From: Myxococcota bacterium
Lineage (GTDB): Bacteria > Myxococcota_A > UBA9160 > UBA6930
Assembly: GCA_965223705.1 (NCBI GenBank)
Contig: OZ245015.1
Coordinates: forward strand, 4,320,001 to 4,384,000
Reading direction: 5' to 3'
DNA: 64,000 nucleotides
In this document: positions 50,859 through 59,136 of the stretch, piece by piece
Layout of the letters: each line of letters opens with the position of its first letter
How positions within the stretch are numbered: the first letter of the stretch is position 1
Program-made: the position numbers and the translations under genes
Notes under the pieces: generated by a model
Told to the model about the DNA's origin: nothing
Seen by the model: the letters and a program-made list of their open reading frames with translations, nothing else
Database searches by the model: none

Positions 50859-52163
50859 CTAGATCTTCGACATCAGCAGAGTCGCTATACCGAGGAAACT
50901 GAAGAAGCCCACCACGTCGGTCACGGTCGTCAAGATGATAGACGAAGATTGGGCCGGGTCCTGGCGCAGTGCAGTGAGAACCATCGGGATCACCGCACCG
51001 GACAAGCCCGCCAACGTCATCGACAACACCATCGAGAGCCCGATGACGAGACCGAGGCCCCATGATTGGCTCCAGAAATAGACGGCTACCGAGGTGGTCA
51101 ACGCGACGGCCACCCCGTTTCCCGCGCCGGCGAGCATTTCCTTCGCGGAGACTTTGAGCCAGTGCCGTGTGCGGACCTCCCGCAAGGCCAATCCCCGCAT
51201 CGTCACGGCAAGCGCCTGTGCACCCGTATTTCCAGATTGGCCGGCCACGACGGGAAGGAGGACTGCAAGCGCTGTCACAGTCGCGATGGTCTCTTCGAAG
51301 AGACCGACCACCGTCGCGGCGAGAAAGGCGGTGAGTAAGTTGACTTGCAGCCAAGGCAAGCGTTTCCGAATCGCGAACAGCGGCGAAGAGAGGGCACGCT
51401 CTTGGTCGCTGGCGCCGACCATGGTGATCGCACTGGCCAGTGCCCGCTCTTGGGCTGCCTGTACGAGCTCTTGTTGGCGCAGCACCCCCATGAGACGACC
51501 GTCGATGTCGACGACCGGAAGGCTGCCGACGCGCTGCGCTTCGAAGGTTTGAACGATCTCATCGCGGGAAGCTACGACGGGCACGCTGACCGGCGTGCCT
51601 CTCACCAGACTGTCGAGCCTCACGCCATCCTCGGCCAGTACGATCGATTCCAGGGGAACGGATCCCTGAAGCACACCGTCGGCGTTGACAACGAAGACAT
51701 CTTGATCGCGACGGCTTCGAAAAGTCTTCAACCGTTTCACCACATCCTGTGTGGAGGCATCCGGTCGGAAGCTCGTCGCCCGCGGATCCATCAGGGAGCC
51801 GGCGGTTTCGGGCGGGTACTCGAGTAGCGCACGCAGCTCCTCGGCCAGATCGTGATCGAGGACCTCGAGGCAGCGTTCCAGCTCATCGGGGTTGAGTCGC
51901 GCGAGCATCGCGGCCGCTCGGTTCTGGCTCAACGCCGAAAGAACCTCGCGCCGACCGGTTTCCGAGAGGCTTGCGACAATCCGGGAGGCGCGGTCCGGAG
52001 TCAGTCGCCCGATCACAGGCAGCATGACCGCCGCGCCGAGGGTCTCGAGAAAGGCGGCAGATTCGGCATCGTCGCCCGTTTCGATCAGCCGGGCCGTGGC
52101 GTCCGGCTCGGCGATCGCGAGGAGCGAGGCCAACGCGCGATCCGCGTTCTCCGAATCAGGCAC
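50859..52163 (-). CDS. mgtE: Magnesium transporter MgtE
   Basis: YPPETAGSLM, CBS pair, KRLPWL, GQSGNTGAQ, DPAQSS, TTVTDVVG; GTG start 52163. Confidence 0.93.
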   Translation of the reverse strand: MPDSENADRALASLLAIAEPDATARLIETGDDAESAAFLETLGAAVMLPVIGRLTPDRASRIVASLSETGRREVLSALSQNRAAAMLARLNPDELERCLEVLDHDLAEELRALLEYPPETAGSLMDPRATSFRPDASTQDVVKRLKTFRSRRDQDVFVVNADGVLQGSVPLESIVLAEDGVRLDSLVRGTPVSVPVVASRDEIVQTFEAQRVGSLPVVDIDGRLMGVLRQQELVQAAQERALASAITMVGASDQERALSSPLFAIRKRLPWLQVNLLTAFLAATVVGLFEETIATVTALAVLLPVVAGQSGNTGAQALAVTMRGLALREVRTRHWLKVSAKEMLAGAGNGVAVALTTSVAVYFWSQSWGLGLVIGLSMVLSMTLAGLSGAVIPMVLTALRQDPAQSSSIILTTVTDVVGFFSFLGIATLLMSKI

Positions 52164-52986
52164 TTCGGTCCCCTTCTCCAGCCGAGCCGGCAAATGCGTC
52201 GAGCAACCCGCGAGCTCCTGCGGAAATGATCTCGCCGATGGCCGCGCCCGCGTCGGCGTCCTTGCCGCGCCGTGCGAGGAGCGACGCTTCGAGGTCGCGA
52301 AGCGTTCGGTAGCGAATCGCCCCCAAGTATTCTCCGCCCACGTCGACGACCGGCAGAGCGTGCACGTCCCTCCAACCGGGATGCGCCACGACGGCCGCCC
52401 GGTCGGCGGTTGCAGCGATTCGGTGCGGAGCATTCACCATGAGCTCGGCGATTGGCGTGTCCGGATCGGCGAGAAACAGCTCCCGCAAGTTGAGCGCACC
52501 GACCAGGCGCTGCTCTTGATCGACGATGTAGAGGTTGTACCGAGTGGCCTTGGGGTCTTCTCGAACTCTTGCGAGGGCCTCTCCCGCCGTCAAGCCGTGT
52601 GCCAACGCGAGAACATTGGGATCGAGAAGCGCTCCCGCGGTTCCCTCGCGAAATCGCAAGAGCCCGCGGACGTCTCGTTCGGTCTTGCGCGGGAGAAGGC
52701 GCAGCAGCTCGTCGCGTCGCCCGTCGGACATGCGACGAAGCAAGCGTGCGCAAAGCTCGATGGGAAGCTGCTTGAGCAAGCCCGCCACTTGCTCCGCCCG
52801 GAGTTCCGCAAGTGCCGCCGTCGCGTGATGAGGAGACAGTCGGCGCAAAATACCGATCGCACTCTCGGGCTCGAGGCGAGCCAGGATTTCGGTGGTCTCG
52901 CCGGGAGAGAGCCGTTCGAGTGCGAGGGTGGCACGCTCCGGGAAGGTGTTGAGCAATTGATCCGCCAGGCGTCGCGTGAGCGTCAT
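52156..52986 (-). CDS. Soluble MgtE N-domain + CBS pair protein
   Basis: MgtE_N-like helical repeats, EGTAGALLDP, LYIVDQEQRLVG, LPVVD; no TM domain. Confidence 0.85.
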   Translation of the reverse strand: MTLTRRLADQLLNTFPERATLALERLSPGETTEILARLEPESAIGILRRLSPHHATAALAELRAEQVAGLLKQLPIELCARLLRRMSDGRRDELLRLLPRKTERDVRGLLRFREGTAGALLDPNVLALAHGLTAGEALARVREDPKATRYNLYIVDQEQRLVGALNLRELFLADPDTPIAELMVNAPHRIAATADRAAVVAHPGWRDVHALPVVDVGGEYLGAIRYRTLRDLEASLLARRGKDADAGAAIGEIISAGARGLLDAFAGSAGEGDRSA

Positions 52987-52997
52987 GACCCCTCTCC

Positions 52998-53828
52998 TCA
53001 GCGCAAAACGACCCGCTCGAGAAGGTGAGCGTTCGGCACACTCCACACCTCGTCGTCGCTGCGCACCAAGGTATCGACGGCCCCGACCCTCTCGACCAGC
53101 CCGCGGCGGCCATCGATCTCGACGGCCGTGTTTTCGGGAAACGATTGCTTCATGAAATGACCCGCGAGGATATGCGTAATGAGTGGCCTCGCACCGAGAG
53201 CGAACGCGAGTCCGACGGCAAGGCCCGCTGCCCCCACCATGACCGTGAGCGGAAGAACGAAGACCTCGACCGCAATGCCGAGCTGCTCGGCGGCGATCGC
53301 GAGCATCAATCCGACCACCGCGATCTGCGCCATGAACCCGAGTCGCGGTGCGGAGAGCAAACCCGCGGCCGCGGCGCCCGAGCTCACCAAAGTCGCGACG
53401 AATCGCCCGAGGACGAGCCCGCCCAGGCCGATCAGCGCCGCGCCGATCACGTTGGGGATGAAGGCGATCAGCCGATCGATCGTGGTGGTCACCGCCTTGA
53501 GGCCGAGCGTTTCAACCGCCGACAACAAGAATGTAAGCATCACGAGCCAGAACAGCAGACGAGCGACGATCTCCGAGAAACTGAGGTTCAGCCCGGCGCG
53601 ATCCAGAAGATCGGCGATCTTGAGACGCGCCGCGGCGCGGTCGAGCCCGAGGGCGCGCAGGCCGCGACCCGCCACCATCTCGAGTCCGCTCGAAACGAGC
53701 CACCCCAACGCGAAGATCAGCACGGCCCCGACGAGGTTGGGAAGAAAGGCCGCCACGTTTCCGCCGAGCTCAGAAAACACATGGACAAGAACCTCGCGCA
53801 GCGCGTCGAGGTTGAACAGTTCGCTCAT
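52998..53828 (-). CDS. Small mechanosensitive channel (MscS/CmpX-like) protein
   Basis: Two TM_helix repeats (AFLPNLVGA / AFIPNVIGA), GLAFALGAR, C-terminal beta domain ending VPNA. Confidence 0.85.
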   Translation of the reverse strand: MSELFNLDALREVLVHVFSELGGNVAAFLPNLVGAVLIFALGWLVSSGLEMVAGRGLRALGLDRAAARLKIADLLDRAGLNLSFSEIVARLLFWLVMLTFLLSAVETLGLKAVTTTIDRLIAFIPNVIGAALIGLGGLVLGRFVATLVSSGAAAAGLLSAPRLGFMAQIAVVGLMLAIAAEQLGIAVEVFVLPLTVMVGAAGLAVGLAFALGARPLITHILAGHFMKQSFPENTAVEIDGRRGLVERVGAVDTLVRSDDEVWSVPNAHLLERVVLR

Positions 53829-53872
53829 CGTCTCTCTCCTTGTTTCAGGAAACTTTGGGGCTCGGTGTCGGC

Positions 53873-54895
53873 TCAGGTGAGCTCTGTCTCATCGGTCAAC
53901 TCCTCGTGAAAGCTCTCGACCGAATCCGCGACCCGCTCCGGCACGTCGAAGAACGCGACGTGAAAGAGAGCGTCCCCCTCGTTGACGAGGGGAAGCTCTG
54001 TCCGACCGATCACGACACCCGCGTGCGTCGCCTTGACGATGACTTCTTCCGCGCCCAACGGGTCCGCGATGACTCCGAGCTGATCCCCGGGTTCGACTGC
54101 GGCGCCCAACTTCAAGCGCTCGCGCAGGATCCCGCTGTCCGGCGCGCGAACCCACTTACTGGCCTGCGCGACGAACGGCCGCCCGACGCCCTTGCTCCGC
54201 GGCGGCTTGACCATGCCCAGGGCGCCCATCACGCGCAGGGTGCCGTAGGCGCCCGCTTGGATGGGGGCTTCGTCAAAGCGGAGCGCTTCTCCCCCTTCAT
54301 AGAGGAGCATGGGAATGCCCCGGTCGACCACCGCTTGTCGCAACGAGCTGTCGCGGAGGGTCGCGTTCACGACGACGGGAACTCCAAAAGTCCTGGCCAG
54401 ACGCTCCGTCTCGGCATCGTCCAAACTGGCTCGAATTTGCGGCAAGTTCGAGCGGTGCACGGCCGCCGTGTGGAGATCGATCCCATGCGTCGATCCTTCC
54501 ACCACTTCGGAGAGAAACAAGTGCGCGAGTCGAGACGCGAGCGATCCCTGAGGCGATCCCGGAAACGAGCGGTTCAGATCTCTCCGATCGGGCAAATAGC
54601 GGGTCAATCCGACGAAGCCGTAGAGGTTCACGATCGGAACCGCGATGAGCGTACCGCGCAAGGCACGGAGGCTCCGATGGGCGAGGACGCGACGAATGAT
54701 CTCGACGCCGGCGATTTCGTCACCGTGCACCGCGGCGCACACGAACAAACGGGGACCCGGCTCCCGACCGCACACCACTTCTACCGGGAGCGCGACTTGG
54801 TTCCCGCTCACCCGTTTCGCGAGGGGTATTTGAATCCGTTTCCGCTCGCCGGGCCCGATTCGCTCGCCGGCGAGAAGAACCTCGGGATCAGGCAC
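53873..54895 (-). CDS. Succinylglutamate desuccinylase/aspartoacylase (M14) family zinc hydrolase
   Basis: VHGDE, RDLNRSFPG, IDLHT, YEGGE; C-terminal biotinyl-like domain. Confidence 0.92.
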   Translation of the reverse strand: MPDPEVLLAGERIGPGERKRIQIPLAKRVSGNQVALPVEVVCGREPGPRLFVCAAVHGDEIAGVEIIRRVLAHRSLRALRGTLIAVPIVNLYGFVGLTRYLPDRRDLNRSFPGSPQGSLASRLAHLFLSEVVEGSTHGIDLHTAAVHRSNLPQIRASLDDAETERLARTFGVPVVVNATLRDSSLRQAVVDRGIPMLLYEGGEALRFDEAPIQAGAYGTLRVMGALGMVKPPRSKGVGRPFVAQASKWVRAPDSGILRERLKLGAAVEPGDQLGVIADPLGAEEVIVKATHAGVVIGRTELPLVNEGDALFHVAFFDVPERVADSVESFHEELTDETELT

Positions 54896-55352
54896 GTCGT
54901 GCCCTTCCCCTCTTTGCTTTCTTTTTCGGAGCCTGAACCATCCGGCGGCTCGGGTCGATCAGGAAGGGCCCCGACAGCGCGGTCCGTCCCAGGAGCATGC
55001 GGTGGATCATCTTCCCGCGATTGACCAGGCTGAGATCGACGTCGCGCTCGACGGGCCCGAGTCTGATCCGCGTTCGAACGAAATAACGAGTCTCGGTTTC
55101 TCCGTTGCTCGAACGGACGCGTGAACGCCTCAGAACGCGTGCGGTCACGTGCACACGTCGATCTCGTCGCTCTCGATGGAGGACAACGTCGAATCGAATC
55201 CGCCCGCGCGGAAGCTCGACCACGTTTTCGACGTGGAGGGCGCTTGAGCGGGCGCCGGTATCCACCTTTGCGCGGAGCTTCTTGATGTTCCAATCGGGCA
55301 GGTCGACGTACTCGGTCCACCCAATGAGGACGGGCTCGTCGTCCGATCTCAT
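54888..55352 (-). CDS. RimB-like retropepsin-fold protease ('ATP-dependent zinc protease' family)
   Basis: IGWTEYVDLP, AKVDTGARSSALH, VRSSNG, MLLGR; ATG overlaps the rimK stop. Confidence 0.88.
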   Translation of the reverse strand: MRSDDEPVLIGWTEYVDLPDWNIKKLRAKVDTGARSSALHVENVVELPRGRIRFDVVLHRERRDRRVHVTARVLRRSRVRSSNGETETRYFVRTRIRLGPVERDVDLSLVNRGKMIHRMLLGRTALSGPFLIDPSRRMVQAPKKKAKRGRARRA

Positions 55353-56581
55353 TCGCTGGGCACCGGATCCGACGACTCGCGAGCGTTCGGCGCCTTTCGC
55401 TTGCGTACCTTCCGACGGGGCTTGGGCGCGAGCCCGCGTAGAGTGAGCATCTTCCCGAAGCAGAACAGGGTGTCCCCGGCCAGGATCTCGCGGTCGTTTC
55501 GCGGGTTCGGAATCGAGACACTGCCTCGCTGGATCGTCAGGATCACCACGTCGAGACCGCGCAGGCCGGATCCTTTGACGGTTTTCCCGCACAGGTCCGA
55601 GCGCGGATCCACGGGGATCTCCATAACGCCGTACCCGCTCTGTAGTGTGAGGCGCTGGCGAATGTCGATGTCGGGGAACAGGACTTCTTGCTCGATCAGG
55701 GAAATGATCTCACCGGCCACGTCGATTCCCGTCGCCGTTTCGATCCCCTCCAGACCGGGGGACGAGTTGACTTCCATCAACATCGGACCGTCGTTGCCTT
55801 CGAGGAGATCGACGCCCGCAACGCGGAGCCCCATGACCTGCGCTGCGTTGACCGCCACGCGCTCGTATTCCTCGTCCAGGGTGACGACCTCGGCAGAACC
55901 ACCGCGGTGGATGTTGCTGCGGAACTCATCGCCTTGCGCCTGGCGGCGCATCGCCGCGACGACACGAGAGCCCACGACGAAGGCGCGGATATCCCGACCT
56001 TTGCTCTCCTTGACGAATCGCTGCAGCAAGACGCTCATCTTCGCGGGCCCCGAGAGGGTTTCGATGATGGCCTCTGCCACTTTCGTCGAATCCGCGAGGA
56101 TCACCCCGACACCTTGGGTGCCCTCGAGAAGCTTGATCACCACGGGCGGCCCGCCCATACGCTCGATGCCCGGGAGGATCTCCGAGGTGTGCCGAACGAA
56201 GAGTGTCGTAGGAAGGCCGATCTTGTGGCGACTCAAGGCCTGGAGTGCGCGAAGCTTGTCGCGAGAAACCGTGATCGCGTGAGAGGGGTTCACGCAGAAG
56301 ACGCCCATTTGTTCGAACTGGCGGACGACGGCGGTCCCGAACGCCGTGATCGAAGCGCCGATTCGAGGGATCACCGCGTCGTATTGCGAGAGCCTCTTGT
56401 TCTTGAAGTAGAGGTGCGGGCGACTGGTCTCCACTTCGATCGTGAAGGAGAGCGGGTTGAGTACCTTCGCCTCGTGCCCCCGTTGGGTCGCCGCCTCTTT
56501 GAGGCGACGCGTGCTGTAGAGACGCGGCCCACGTGAAAGGATCGCGATCTTGAGAGAGTCGGCCTCTTCTCTCGCAGCCAT
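55349..56581 (-). CDS. rimK: RimK family alpha-L-glutamate ligase fused to a C-terminal RCK_C (TrkA-C) domain
   Basis: LYSTRRL, IPRIGAS, SRDKLR, KLLEGTQGVGV, FRSNIHRGG, EVNSSPGLEGIE; then EIPVDPRSDLCGKTV...ILTIQRG...PNP...ILAGDTLFCFG (RCK_C). Confidence 0.93.
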   Translation of the reverse strand: MAAREEADSLKIAILSRGPRLYSTRRLKEAATQRGHEAKVLNPLSFTIEVETSRPHLYFKNKRLSQYDAVIPRIGASITAFGTAVVRQFEQMGVFCVNPSHAITVSRDKLRALQALSRHKIGLPTTLFVRHTSEILPGIERMGGPPVVIKLLEGTQGVGVILADSTKVAEAIIETLSGPAKMSVLLQRFVKESKGRDIRAFVVGSRVVAAMRRQAQGDEFRSNIHRGGSAEVVTLDEEYERVAVNAAQVMGLRVAGVDLLEGNDGPMLMEVNSSPGLEGIETATGIDVAGEIISLIEQEVLFPDIDIRQRLTLQSGYGVMEIPVDPRSDLCGKTVKGSGLRGLDVVILTIQRGSVSIPNPRNDREILAGDTLFCFGKMLTLRGLAPKPRRKVRKRKAPNARESSDPVPSE

Positions 56582-56731
56582 AACCACCCCACCGTGAAGA
56601 GCACGAGCACCGTCTTGCTCGCTCTTCGTGTCATATACCAGGTTTCCGACGGGATGGGAAAGGGATGACGGTCCGCCCAGGCGTCTCAGAGCTTGTATTG
56701 TCTCGCGACGAGGCGAATGGAGACTCGCAAG

Positions 56732-57796
56732 ATGGACAGAGAAACGCTCACGTGGGCCGGAATCGCGCTGTGTCTCGTTCAGTCCGGAATGTTTTCGGGA
56801 CTGAATCTGGCGCTTCTGGGTCTCAGCCGTCTTCAGTTGCAGGTCGAGGCAGAGTCGGGAGATCCTGCGGCGTCCCGAGTCCTGGCTCTCCGTCAGGATT
56901 CGAACTTCCTACTCACGACGGTGCTCTGGGGCAACGTGAGTGTGAACTGTCTACTGACCCTCCTGTCGGACTCGGTCCTCTTCGGCGTCGCTGCCTTCGC
57001 GTTTTCGACCTTCGGCATTACGATCGTCGGAGAGATTCTTCCCCAGGCGTATTTCTCGCGAAACGCCATGCGCGTCGGTGCGGCGCTGACGCCCTTCGTC
57101 CGCTTCTATCAGTGGGTTCTCTTTCCAGTCGCAAAACCCACCGCTCTCCTGCTCGACGCGTGGCTCGGCGAGGAGGAAATCTCCTACTTTCGCGAGCGCG
57201 AACTCCGCGAGGTGATCCGTCAACATATGTTGGCGGAGGACGCCGACCTCGAAAGCCACGAGGGTCTGGGTGCCCTCAACTTCCTCGTGATGGATGACCT
57301 CCCGATCGGTCAAGAGGGAGAGGCCGTCGATCCGGCTAGCGTCATCTCGCTCCCTGTCGCCGTGGACTTGCCGGTCTTCCCTTCGATCCGTCGGGACGCG
57401 GAAGACCCCTTCTTGAAGAGGGTCGAACAAAGCGGCCACAAATGGATCGTCATCACGGATACCGAAGAACAGCCCCGCCTCGTACTGGACGCGGATGCTT
57501 TTCTGCGCGAGGCCCTGTTCGGTACGGGTGAGCTCGATCCGTACTCGTTTTGCCATCGACCCATCGTCGTCGACAACGCGCGCGTCCCCCTCGGTGTCGC
57601 GATCCGACGACTCCATGTCGAGCCGGAGCACAAAGAAGACGACGTTATCGACCAGGATCTGATTCTCGTCTGGGCCGATACGCGTCGAATCGTCACGGGA
57701 GCGGATTTACTCGGGCGCCTCTTACGCGGGATCGTCCGCAAGCGTCGAGCGTCGCAGGCACAACGGGCACCCGTGCTGGCCGCCCCGTCCGAGTAG
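56732..57796 (+). CDS. CNNM/DUF21 domain membrane protein with degenerate CBS region
   Basis: SGMFSGLNLALLGL, LLTTVLWGNV, GEILPQA, FPVAKP; start 56732 or 56717. Confidence 0.88.
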   Translation: MDRETLTWAGIALCLVQSGMFSGLNLALLGLSRLQLQVEAESGDPAASRVLALRQDSNFLLTTVLWGNVSVNCLLTLLSDSVLFGVAAFAFSTFGITIVGEILPQAYFSRNAMRVGAALTPFVRFYQWVLFPVAKPTALLLDAWLGEEEISYFRERELREVIRQHMLAEDADLESHEGLGALNFLVMDDLPIGQEGEAVDPASVISLPVAVDLPVFPSIRRDAEDPFLKRVEQSGHKWIVITDTEEQPRLVLDADAFLREALFGTGELDPYSFCHRPIVVDNARVPLGVAIRRLHVEPEHKEDDVIDQDLILVWADTRRIVTGADLLGRLLRGIVRKRRASQAQRAPVLAAPSE

Positions 57797-57809
57797 GCCC
57801 GCAGACCCG

Positions 57810-58685
57810 TCAGAGGTACATCCCGACGCCTTCCCCCGGCTTCGTCGGAGGCGGCGCCTCGGCGCTACGCCCGGCGAGCATCTCTTCGTGGGTCACGCCG
57901 CCGAACATCTGCTTCAAGCGATCGTCCCATGTGTCGGCTGTCGAAGCGACCATCTCGATCGCGAAGCGGAGCTCTTCTTCCCTGAATTCAGAGCCGAGAA
58001 TGCTCTCGTCAAACCAGATCGAGCGATTCTCGGGATCGAGTGCAAAACGGCCGAACATCAGTCCGAAGTTGAGTCTCGCGAGGAAGAGACCGAGCTCGGG
58101 CGTGACGACGACACCGACATTGGTAATCGCGAAGACGCGAATCACCACGCGCCCATTCGGCATGGCGCGGGGAGCGACCATGAGGTGGACCCCGGCCATG
58201 GGAACGACGTAGTCGCCATCGTTGTCCTTGTCCGGTCGTCGCCCGAGGATCTCCGCAACGACGCTTTCGATCCGGACTCGCGCGAGGGCGAGCTTCTTCT
58301 TCGCTTCGTGCTCGAGTTTGCGGCTGCCGTGTGCGATGTCGAGTTTCAATTCGGGCTTTTCGCCAAAGACCTCCACCAGGAGTTGTGTCAGCTGATCCAC
58401 CGCGGCTTCGGCCTCGGGCGCGGCTTTCGTCCAGGGGTTGGCCGCGTTGGCCGGATCCTCGGAACTGAATCCGCGCTCCCTCAGAGCACGCCGCACGTCC
58501 GCGTCGAGCTCGGGCACAGATCGAGGGCGCCCCGGCACCGAGACCTCGAGCCCGCCGTCCTCCCGGCGGTTGATCTCCGCGACATGAAGCGGACGCCCCG
58601 ACGGGACCACGGCGATGAAATCAAGCGGTTCGAGCGCCTCGACCTCGGCAATCAGAAAGGCTGTCGCGACGGAAGGATCGGCCAT
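57810..58685 (-). CDS. YbjN / T3SS-chaperone (CesT-like) domain protein
   Basis: C-terminal DNDGDY...LARLNFGLMFGRF...ADTWDDRL..FGG pattern; GAGAG RBS. Confidence 0.7.
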   Translation of the reverse strand: MADPSVATAFLIAEVEALEPLDFIAVVPSGRPLHVAEINRREDGGLEVSVPGRPRSVPELDADVRRALRERGFSSEDPANAANPWTKAAPEAEAAVDQLTQLLVEVFGEKPELKLDIAHGSRKLEHEAKKKLALARVRIESVVAEILGRRPDKDNDGDYVVPMAGVHLMVAPRAMPNGRVVIRVFAITNVGVVVTPELGLFLARLNFGLMFGRFALDPENRSIWFDESILGSEFREEELRFAIEMVASTADTWDDRLKQMFGGVTHEEMLAGRSAEAPPPTKPGEGVGMYL

Positions 58686-58697
58686 TTCGTTCTCTCC

Positions 58698-58937
58698 TCA
58701 CGGGGTGCCGGTCGTGGGAGGCACCGGCAAAGGGTGGGCCTTTCGATGGCGGTGACCAACGGCCGCCAGCGCCCAGCCCACGCCGGCGCCGGCCAGGAAG
58801 ACCCCGAGAACCAGGAGCGATCGAGACATCTCGACCTGCCAAAACAGGAACCGGACCTCGACCACTTCGACGTTCTGAGCCGTGAAGATCGCCAAAATCA
58901 GTGCCGCCGCCGCGGCGAGGCTCAACTTCCATCCCAT
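58698..58937 (-). CDS. LapA-like small membrane protein
   Basis: IFTAQNVEVVEVRFLFW followed by second TM; AGGAG RBS. Confidence 0.85.
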   Translation of the reverse strand: MGWKLSLAAAAALILAIFTAQNVEVVEVRFLFWQVEMSRSLLVLGVFLAGAGVGWALAAVGHRHRKAHPLPVPPTTGTP

Positions 58938-58963
58938 ACGGGCTCCTCTGACGTCGATTGGTT

Positions 58964-58979
58964 TGCAACGCTTGTGCCG
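58964..58979 (-). promoter_or_regulatory. Sigma54 (-24/-12) promoter for the LapA-like and YbjN-like genes
   Basis: Minus strand reads CGGCAC-AAGCG-TTGCA (consensus TGGCAC-N5-TTGCW), about 27 nt upstream of ATG 58937. Confidence 0.7.
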
Positions 58980-59136
58980 AAGTGAGCTTGTGGCAAACGA
59001 CCTCGCCTTGGGGCTCGATGTACCCGTTACCTCGGTTTGCCACGGCTGCGAACAAAACGAGGGGCTCGCGTGTCCGCTACTCTGCACGATTCGTTCGGCG
59101 CGACGACCCCGCTGAACGAACTTCCCCCGGGGCCCC

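Noticed and set aside
50836..51354. Extended N-terminus of the diadenylate cyclase ORF
   Set aside because: Out-of-frame overlap with the MgtE TM domain; CdaA-like sequence starts at 50835.
56588..56731. ydaO c-di-AMP or M-box riboswitch in the rimK-CNNM spacer
   Set aside because: Spacer is short and shared by divergent promoters; no riboswitch consensus recognised.
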